Source: Patescibacteria group bacterium
Lineage (GTDB): Bacteria; Patescibacteriota; Minisyncoccia; Moranbacterales; DUUL01
Length of the DNA: 64,000 nucleotides
Reading direction: 5' to 3'
Assembly: GCA_015493225.1 (NCBI GenBank)
Contig: WGDO01000031.1
Span: forward strand, 1,355 to 65,354
In this document: in pieces, positions 57,690-64,000 of the stretch
How positions within the stretch are numbered: position 1 is the stretch's first letter
Layout of the letters: each line of letters starts with the position of its first letter
The notes under the pieces: generated by a model
The model's database searches: none
Told to the model about the DNA's origin: nothing
Seen by the model: only the letters and a program-made list of their open reading frames with translations
Translations under genes and position numbers: made by a program

Positions 57690-59105
57690 ATGAAAAAAGC
57701 AATGGTGAAAATTAAATTGGTTTTGGAGGAGCAAAGTCAAAAAAGTAGGGCTGGTTTTGTAAAAGTAAAATTTAATGAAAAAATAAAACAGAGTAGGATG
57801 TGTAAGATTGACGGGAGAAACGTGCTGGAAGTAAAGATAGGAAAACCAAATGAAATGAATAGGAGAAAGTGGATTGTTTTTTGTCGTGGTTTGGTGCAGG
57901 TGGCTAAAAGTAATGGTATTGAAAGGTTAGAGGTTGCTTGGGATAGGTTGACTAACTTTAAGAATTTAGAACAAGATGATCTGGGACAATTGTTTGCAGA
58001 AGCGGTTGAGATGGCAAATTATGAGTTTAGAAAATACAAAAAGAAGCCAAAGGAAGGGTGGGGTGACATTAAGGAAGTTAAACTTGTTTTTTCTGACGAG
58101 AAAGTGAAGCGACAAATAAATAAGGAAATAAAAAAGGGATTGTCGGTAGTTAGTTGGGTCAATTATGCGCGGGAATTAGCGAATATTTCTGGTGGAGATT
58201 TGACACCGATTGGATTGGTTAAGGAAATTCGTAAAATTATTAAAGGAAGGGATATTAAAATGAAGGTGTTGGGGGAAAAAGAAATGAAGAAGATAGGAAT
58301 GAATGGTGTGTTGGCGGTTGGGCGAGGGAGTGGAGAACAGTCCCAATTTATTATTTTGGAATACAAAAATGGGGCAGGTAAGCCAATTGTTTTAGTAGGC
58401 AAGGGAGTAACTTTTGATAGTGGAGGGATTGACACTAAACCGCATCCACATGGTTTGGAAATGATGATGGATATGAGTGGAGCATCATCTGTCTTGGCGA
58501 CCTTATTGGCTGTCAATGACTTACAATTAAAGAAAAATGTAATCGTTTTAATTCCGGCAGTGGAAAATATGCCTTCAGGATCAAGTATGCGTCCTGGGGA
58601 TGTAATTAAAATGTACAATGGCGTCAATGTGGAAATCGGACATACCGATGCGGAGGGACGATTGATTTTGGCTGATGCGTTGGCCTATGCTAAAAAGTTT
58701 AAGCCAGGAATGGTGGTTGATGTTGCTACTTTGACTGGAGCATCATTGGTTGCTTTGGGAACAAAAGCAAATGCCTTGATGACTAGAAACGATGATTTGG
58801 CTAAACGGATAGAAAAATTAGCCGAACGAACAGGAGATTATGTTTGGCGTTTACCTTTATGGGAAGAATATGAAGGGGATATTGCCGGGGAAAGAGGAGA
58901 TATTGCCAATATTAACACCAAAGCAAAACCGGGCGAGGGAAGCACTATCACAGCTGGTATTTTTCTTTGGAATTTTGCTAAAGAATATGATAAGTGGGTA
59001 CATTTAGATATTGCGCCTAGGATGACGGCCGATTCTAACGAACAACTAGCTAAGGGTGCTGCCGGTCCGGCTATTAGATTATTGATAGAACTTTTGGAAA
59101 AATAA
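57690..59105 (+). CDS. pepA: Leucyl aminopeptidase (M17 family).
   Basis: 'GKGVTFDSGGIDTKP' and 'NTDAEGRLILADAL' (as HTDAEGRL) metal-binding motifs. Confidence 0.9.
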   Translation: MKKAMVKIKLVLEEQSQKSRAGFVKVKFNEKIKQSRMCKIDGRNVLEVKIGKPNEMNRRKWIVFCRGLVQVAKSNGIERLEVAWDRLTNFKNLEQDDLGQLFAEAVEMANYEFRKYKKKPKEGWGDIKEVKLVFSDEKVKRQINKEIKKGLSVVSWVNYARELANISGGDLTPIGLVKEIRKIIKGRDIKMKVLGEKEMKKIGMNGVLAVGRGSGEQSQFIILEYKNGAGKPIVLVGKGVTFDSGGIDTKPHPHGLEMMMDMSGASSVLATLLAVNDLQLKKNVIVLIPAVENMPSGSSMRPGDVIKMYNGVNVEIGHTDAEGRLILADALAYAKKFKPGMVVDVATLTGASLVALGTKANALMTRNDDLAKRIEKLAERTGDYVWRLPLWEEYEGDIAGERGDIANINTKAKPGEGSTITAGIFLWNFAKEYDKWVHLDIAPRMTADSNEQLAKGAAGPAIRLLIELLEK

Positions 59106-59270
59106 TTTCTAAGGCTGATTTATATTCTGCTTATTTGGGGTATAAGGTTTTTTATGAGAGCGAGGGAAAGTAAATTTTAAGTTTTAAATTTTAAATTTTA
59201 AATTTTTAATTGATGTATTTTTTGGGTATTTAATAGTACTGTAGAGATTAAGTGCTTGAATAAATTACAG

Positions 59271-59316
59271 GCATAAAAAGAAACCCGCCGAAGCAAGGTT
59301 TCTGCTTGGGCGGGTT
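59271..59316 (-). terminator. Rho-independent terminator for the minus-strand gene 59369-59896.
   Basis: Hairpin 'aacccgcc...ggcgggtt' followed by a T-run on the minus strand. Confidence 0.55.
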
Positions 59317-59368
59317 AACAACAGGAGAACATCAACCAATCTCAGCTAGGATGGCGAGTTGGTTGGGG

Positions 59369-59896
59369 TTATTCTGGAAGAATGTGAATAAGATGTTGCA
59401 AAAGCAGTCCTACATAAGTACACTTTCCAGCCAGAAGAGAAGTTGGATCAGTGTTTTTGAAAATATCAAAATTAGATATCTCCTTATCGGCTACATTGTG
59501 AAATGCGCAGGAAACAGTATGCGCATTTATTTTAATATTTTTCAATTTCTGGTTAATCTCAGGAAGAGTATTATCACTTGAGCCATTATAAAGGGATTTT
59601 AATTTGGATAAAGTAATGATAATCGGAGCAAGTTGATAAATTGAATTTAGATCTTGAGCTTGAGAAACAACGCTCAAGACAGACAACGAGCAGTTGGTGT
59701 GAACGTGACATGATATAATATCATCAGGATCACTCAATCCTACCAGCTCTTTTCCATTGATATCCCAGGTATTGCCAGTTATTCTAAGGTGGAGTTTTGA
59801 ATTGTTGGTTAATGTTATTTCGCAGAGTGAGCCGTTTTTAAACATGTAATATTGACGAACTTGACCCATCAAGATGTTATCTTTTTTAAATGGCAT
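59369..59896 (-). CDS. Hypothetical protein.
   Basis: 175-aa ORF with no recognisable motif. Confidence 0.35.
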   Translation of the reverse strand: MPFKKDNILMGQVRQYYMFKNGSLCEITLTNNSKLHLRITGNTWDINGKELVGLSDPDDIISCHVHTNCSLSVLSVVSQAQDLNSIYQLAPIIITLSKLKSLYNGSSDNTLPEINQKLKNIKINAHTVSCAFHNVADKEISNFDIFKNTDPTSLLAGKCTYVGLLLQHLIHILPE

Positions 59897-60001
59897 GGAA
59901 TATTCCTCACTTGTTGAGATTTATAAGGTTGTAAAAAAAGAGCTAAATATTAGTACATAAATATTTATAGCATACAAAATATTAAAAAGCAAGAAATTTT
60001 T

Positions 60002-60799
60002 ATGAGCAAATTAGATTTTAAAAATAAACTATTAAATATTTACAAACCCAAAGGGGTATCGTCTTTTGATGTGGTGAGGGATGTTAAGCGGATGACTGGG
60101 GAGAAAAAAGTTGGGCATGCTGGGACTTTGGATCCTTTGGCGGAGGGAGTACTAATTGTTGGTGTTGGTCGGGAGGCGACTAAGCGGTTGCGGTTTGTGT
60201 TGGAGGAGGACAAAGAATATGTTGGGGAGATTAAATTGGGAATGGTTAGTACGACGGATGATGAGGAAGGGAGGAAGTCGAAAGTCCATAAAGTTCATAA
60301 AGTCCATAAAGTTCATAAAGTCGAAAGTTTACCCCGTCGAATGACTTTGGGTCGGAAGTCTACAGAGTCGAAAGTAGCGAGCAAAACAATCTGGCCGAGT
60401 AAAATAGAAATAGAAAAAGTAATACAAGAAAATTTTATTGGGGATATCGTGCAAATAACGCCGACATATAGTGCGGTGAAGATTGGGGGAGAGCGAGCTT
60501 ATAAAAAAGCGCGACGAGGAGAAAAATTTACTCGTCCGCCACGAATTGTTACTATTAAAGAAGTTAAGATTCTAGATTATCAATTAAAATCTTTTAAGAA
60601 AATTAAACAATCTGATGATTCTAATATATCAGCAGGAAAATATCCTGTTTTGAAAATTAAAACAGTGGTTGGCTCTGGTACCTATATTCGTTCCTTGGCT
60701 CGGGAAATTGGTGAAAAGCTTGGTACTGGTGGTTATTTAACATCGCTGGTGCGAACACGAATTGGAAATTATAAAATGGAAGATAGTGTGAGATTATAA
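60002..60799 (+). CDS. truB: tRNA pseudouridine(55) synthase containing an in-frame microsatellite insertion.
   Basis: 'GHAGTLDPLAEGVLIVGVG', with the catalytic Asp in TLDP. The insert 'KSKVHKVHKVHKVHKVESLPRRMTLGRKSTESKVAS' lies at 60285-60380. Confidence 0.9.
   Translation: MSKLDFKNKLLNIYKPKGVSSFDVVRDVKRMTGEKKVGHAGTLDPLAEGVLIVGVGREATKRLRFVLEEDKEYVGEIKLGMVSTTDDEEGRKSKVHKVHKVHKVHKVESLPRRMTLGRKSTESKVASKTIWPSKIEIEKVIQENFIGDIVQITPTYSAVKIGGERAYKKARRGEKFTRPPRIVTIKEVKILDYQLKSFKKIKQSDDSNISAGKYPVLKIKTVVGSGTYIRSLAREIGEKLGTGGYLTSLVRTRIGNYKMEDSVRL
60285..60380. repeat. 'aagt(c/t)cataaagt' 9-nt microsatellite x4 plus the 'gtttaccccgtcgaatgactttgggtcg(g/a)aagtc' module, in frame in truB.
   Basis: An identical 'aagtttaccccgtcgaatgactttgggtcgaaagtc' module lies at 19640-19680 inside the GT39-like gene (encoding ESLPRRMTLGRKS in both). 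A related intergenic copy is at 61685-61795. Confidence 0.8.
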
Positions 60800-60876
60800 G
60801 ATAGGATAAATAAATTTACAAAATAAGATAGAGCTTAATATTTAAAGTCAGGTTAATTGATAGAATAAAAACAAAG

Positions 60877-60912
60877 TCAATACTTTAGCGATACGTATCG
60901 CTAAAGTATTGG
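60877..60912. terminator. Perfect 16-bp-stem palindromic hairpin downstream of truB.
   Basis: 'caatactttagcgata-cg-tatcgctaaagtattg' is followed by gcttaaatttt. The T-run is weak. Confidence 0.4.
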
Positions 60913-60981
60913 CTTAAATTTTGTGAAGATAAATATTTTTTAGGGAAGGGTGAATGGAGGAGCATTTTTATAAATACCAAA

Positions 60982-61020
60982 AAACTCCATTTGATAATAA
61001 GAAATGGAGTTTTTTGTTTT
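60982..61020. terminator. Bidirectional terminator hairpin, on the efp 3' side.
   Basis: 'aaaaactccattt-gataataag-aaatggagtttttt' is followed by tgttttg. Confidence 0.55.
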
Positions 61021-61086
61021 GTGGTGTTGGTTTGTTTGTAATTTTTTAGCCCGGAAATAAAAAATTTAGAATATGGTTTTAATTGG

Positions 61087-61644
61087 CTATCCCTTTTCGG
61101 CGTATTCGGAGGTGGTGGTATTTACTTTGATTTTGTCTCCCTGCTTGATAAAAAGGGGGGTAGTAATTTGAGCGCCGGTTTCAATGATAACTTGTTTAGA
61201 GCCACCGTCGGCGGTATTGCCCTTGACGGCTGGTGGAGCTTCTACTACTTCAAAGGTCATTTTAATTGGCAATTCAATGTTAATTGGTCTATTATCAAAA
61301 TACAGCAGGCTAACATCTACTCCTTCTTTAAGAAATTTGGCATTATCGCCAATAATTTTTGTGTTTAATTCAAATTGTTCGTAGGATTCGTTATCCATAA
61401 AATAGAAAGTATCCCCATCTTGATATAGATATTGAGCTTTTTTGGTGTCAACTTCGGCTGGAGCAACTTTGTCAGAACCTTGAAATGTTTTATTGATGGT
61501 GGCGCCTGTTTCCAGGTTTTTTAATTTGGTACGTAGAACTGCGCCCATTCGTCCCATTTTGGAATGTTGGACGGTCATTACGGAAAAAGGCTGTTCATCA
61601 ATGATGATTTTTTTGCCGGCTTTTATATCTTTGATGGATAACAT
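61087..61644 (-). CDS. efp: Elongation factor P.
   Basis: 'MLSIKDIKAGKKIIIDEQPFSVMTVQHSKMGRMGAVLRTKL' contains the KOW-like N-domain with the modified-Lys loop. Confidence 0.9.
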   Translation of the reverse strand: MLSIKDIKAGKKIIIDEQPFSVMTVQHSKMGRMGAVLRTKLKNLETGATINKTFQGSDKVAPAEVDTKKAQYLYQDGDTFYFMDNESYEQFELNTKIIGDNAKFLKEGVDVSLLYFDNRPINIELPIKMTFEVVEAPPAVKGNTADGGSKQVIIETGAQITTPLFIKQGDKIKVNTTTSEYAEKG

Positions 61645-61842
61645 AGGATTTTAATTATGAATTATAAATTGTGAATTATAAATGAAAAGTATATAAAGTT
61701 TATAGAGTCTATAAAGTTTAAAGTCCATAAAGTCTATAAAGTCCGTAAAGTCCATAAAATTTACCCCGTTGGAATTTTATGGGGTCAAAAACCATATCAC
61801 GATTTCAACGCTTAGAACGATTAGAACGTTTTCAACGTTTTT

Positions 61843-62088
61843 CTATTTTGCGACGAAGGGTAGTAGGCCAATTATGCGAGCTCGTTTGATTGCTTGGCTA
61901 ACGGTTCGTTGATGTTTAGAACAAACTTTAGTTCGTTTACGAGGAACTATTTTACCAACGGTATTAATAAATTTTCGAAGTAAAATTACATCTTTATAGT
62001 CTACTAAATCTACATTGTTGGCGCAGAAATAACAAACTTTATCTTGATTTTTTGTTGGCCGTTGTTGTTGTTGACTTTGATTGTACAT
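61843..62088 (-). CDS. rpsR: 30S ribosomal protein S18.
   Basis: 'CYFCANNVDLVDYKDVILLRKFINTVGKIVPRKRTKVCSKHQRTVSQAIKRARIIGLLPF'. Confidence 0.9.
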   Translation of the reverse strand: MYNQSQQQQRPTKNQDKVCYFCANNVDLVDYKDVILLRKFINTVGKIVPRKRTKVCSKHQRTVSQAIKRARIIGLLPFVAK

Positions 62089-62258
62089 GTTGTTGTGAAT
62101 TTATGAATTTATAATTATGAATTTATGATTTTACGATTTTAGATATATTGTAAATCCCCCTCCAGTCCCCCTTTAAAAAGGGGGAGGGCTGAGGAAATTT
62201 TTTAAAATTACTAACCTCCTAACTTCCTAAATTCTTAACCTCTTAATCTCTTAATCTC

Positions 62259-62780
62259 TTAAAACGGAATATCTTCTACTTTGATTTCTTCGGTGTCAGC
62301 GTCAACATCTATGGTTGGAATTTCTTCAGCAGCGGGGATATTAACTTCTTCATTGGCTGGTGGAGGCGTGGTGTTTGATTGTGCTCCTGTTCCAGTGCTA
62401 GTGTTTTCCTGGGAATTGTTATTTGAGCTAGGATTTGAATTATTTTCTCCAGGAGCTCCTAACAAAATAACATTTTCAGCAACAACTTCTGTCCAATATT
62501 TTTTCTGTCCGTCCTGTCCGTCATAACTTCGATGAGTTAAACGACCTTCAATATAAACTTTTTTACCTTTGTGAGCGTATTTGGAAATAACGTCACTTAA
62601 TCCTCTCCAGGCAACAATATTATGAAATTGAGCATCCTCTTTCATCTCACCGGTTTGTTGGTCTTTCCAACGACGATTAGTGGCGATGCTAAATTTTGTA
62701 AAGTTAACACCGCTGGGGGTAGCTTTTGTTTCTGGTTCACTGGTAATATTTCCAATGAACATTACTTTGTTAAGATCCAT
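62259..62780 (-). CDS. ssb: Single-stranded DNA-binding protein.
   Basis: OB-fold N-terminus 'LNKVMFIGNITSEPETKATPSGVNFTKFSIATNRRW', a Gly/Asn/Ser-rich linker and an acidic 'DIPF' C-terminal tip. Confidence 0.9.
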   Translation of the reverse strand: MDLNKVMFIGNITSEPETKATPSGVNFTKFSIATNRRWKDQQTGEMKEDAQFHNIVAWRGLSDVISKYAHKGKKVYIEGRLTHRSYDGQDGQKKYWTEVVAENVILLGAPGENNSNPSSNNNSQENTSTGTGAQSNTTPPPANEEVNIPAAEEIPTIDVDADTEEIKVEDIPF

Positions 62781-62867
62781 AGTTTTGTTATTAATAATTA
62801 AAACTAAAAATTAAATTATATTATAGATGCGTTGTACATAAAACTATTTATTTTAAGTTGCTAATTA

Positions 62868-62928
62868 AAAACCCCCCATCCCCCCTTTCGCGAAAGGGTG
62901 GGATGACCCCCTTTACACAGGGGGTGGA
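62868..62928. repeat. G/C-rich palindromic module 'accccccatccccctttcgcgaaagggtgggatgaccccctttacacagggggtgg'.
   Basis: It combines the 'cccctttcgcgaaagggg' and 'cccctttacacaggggg' palindromes. It sits between ssb and rpsF. Confidence 0.75.
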
Positions 62929-62940
62929 TTAAAAATTAAA

Positions 62941-63630
62941 TTATATATCTAGAATTTCATCTAATTTTTTATCAAGATCTTCTATGGAGATTTCATCTTT
63001 TTTTTCTTTTTTCTTGGTCGTTGTTTTTTCTTCCTCTTTCTTGTCTTCTTTCTTGTTCTCTTTTGTTTCCTCTTTTGTTTCTTGTTCTTTACTCCCTGTT
63101 TTTTCTTCTTTTTCTACCTTTGGAGCTTCCTTCTTTACATTCTTTTTCTCTTCTTTGGTGTTAGCTGAAGTCTCAGTTTTTGTAGTGTTTTTTATTGTTG
63201 CTGTTGGAGCAGTTTGTTTTTTAGTCTCTTTGGTAATTTCATCTAAAACTTTTTTGCCAGTTGCTTTGGCAGAAGCGGCGTTTTCTTTGGATTTTTTCTC
63301 TTGTTCAGCCATGGTGTCTTTGCCAATCTCTTTTTGTAAAGCTGGTAGTTCATCACTTTTAACAATGATGTGACGAGCAACTTCGCTTAGAAGATTTAAT
63401 TCCTTGGTTAATTCTTTTAAAACTTCTCCGCTTTCTAAATCAAAACGATAAACTGTATAAAAACCATATTGTTCGTGTTTAATTTCATAGGCAAGTTTTC
63501 TCTTTTTGTATGATAATTCGTCAGTTATTTTACCACCTTTACTTTCAATTAGTTTTTTAACTTGTTGTTTGATTTTGTCTACTTTCTCAGTCTGAGATTG
63601 TAGAATTAGAAAATTTATTTCGTAGTTCAT
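62941..63630 (-). CDS. rpsF: 30S ribosomal protein S6 with a ~110-aa Lys/Glu-rich C-terminal extension.
   Basis: N-terminus 'MNYEINFLILQSQTEKVDKIKQQVKKLIESKGGKITDELSYKKRKLAYEIKHEQYGFYTVYRF'. This is the rpsF-ssb-rpsR conserved operon order. Confidence 0.85.
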   Translation of the reverse strand: MNYEINFLILQSQTEKVDKIKQQVKKLIESKGGKITDELSYKKRKLAYEIKHEQYGFYTVYRFDLESGEVLKELTKELNLLSEVARHIIVKSDELPALQKEIGKDTMAEQEKKSKENAASAKATGKKVLDEITKETKKQTAPTATIKNTTKTETSANTKEEKKNVKKEAPKVEKEEKTGSKEQETKEETKENKKEDKKEEEKTTTKKKEKKDEISIEDLDKKLDEILDI

Positions 63631-63878
63631 GATTCAGTGCGTTAGTAATTAGTAAATTAGATTTTGTTTGAATAAATAAAATCCACTTGAGAATAATTCC
63701 TCACAAAGTGGTATTTTAATTTCTTAAATCTGTATAACTAACAGACGAGAAATTATTCGGGCTTTTTAAACTTGTTTTTATGATAGCAGGTGATAACACT
63801 CTTGTCAATAGCTTAGATTAAGGGTAGTATAAAGATGCTAAATAACTTATTTAAACTAAATCTACATATTAAATTTCC

Positions 63879-63979
63879 CGGCAAGCTTTTTGGATATTAT
63901 TTTCTACCTGATGTTCGACTTCTTCTCATTTTTAAAGTGTCGAACATCAGGTAGAAAATAATATCCAAAAAGCTTGCTG
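63879..63979. repeat. ~100-nt hairpin element, copy 4, the perfect-palindrome variant.
   Basis: Arms 'ggatattattttctacctgatgttcgac' and 'gtcgaacatcaggtagaaaataatatcc'. Confidence 0.8.
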
Positions 63980-64000
63980 AATAAAGATATGTTTAAAAAG

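Noticed and set aside
60877-60912. The perfect 36-nt palindrome 'caatactttagcgatacgtatcgctaaagtattg' as a transcription-factor operator
   Set aside because: It lies at the 3' ends of convergent genes (truB +, efp -) rather than in a promoter region, so a terminator or RNA-stability hairpin is more likely. It is kept as a terminator feature with modest confidence.
1-64000. An alternative genetic code (UGA as Gly, as in Gracilibacteria/SR1)
   Set aside because: Conserved genes (metG, argS, secA, recG, gatA, pepA) are full length under the standard code, and several end at TGA stop codons in sensible positions.

Overview
This is an AT-rich bacterial chromosomal segment of roughly 30-35% GC. It reads with the standard genetic code, because the housekeeping genes are intact with TGA as a stop codon. 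Recognisable core genes are metG, argS, secA, recG, ddl, gatC/gatA, truB, efp, the rpsF-ssb-rpsR operon, miaA, rlmH, pepA, tatD, tsaC/yrdC-like, galT, cspA and one tRNA-Arg. These are interleaved with cell-envelope and glycosylation genes (GT4, GT2, a processive QxxRW-type GT2, a GT39/PMT-like protein, an MraY/WecA-family protein, a CDP-alcohol phosphatidyltransferase). A set of predicted surface or adhesion proteins is also present: a giant protein of more than 2,000 aa with tandem repeats and a tail-fibre-like motif, a fibrinogen-related-domain protein, a cohesin-like protein, a sortase carrying thrombospondin-type Ca-binding repeats, and an Excalibur protein. The compact gene set, short SecA, GatCA and many small membrane proteins suggest a reduced-genome lineage such as CPR/Patescibacteria, but this is inference only. 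The most unusual property is a dense mosaic of short interspersed repeat families. These are G/C-rich palindromic modules (cccctttcgcgaaagggg and cccctttacacaggggg types), 'aagtcgaaagt/ataaagtc' microsatellites, 'caaatgacaaatga' microsatellites, a module with a conserved 'tacgaattactcactgcgttcgctatgt' core, a ~100-nt asymmetric hairpin element in four copies, and 'aattttaaatttta' AT satellites. They fill nearly every intergenic spacer and also sit in frame, without stop codons, inside many essential genes (tatD, argS, metG, truB, miaA, yraN, glycosyltransferases). This is reminiscent of Rickettsia palindromic elements, but occurs here at much higher density. Also notable are a G10 homopolymer that splits a nucleotidyltransferase gene, which is a phase-variation candidate, and a DUF134/DUF5320 regulator pair.
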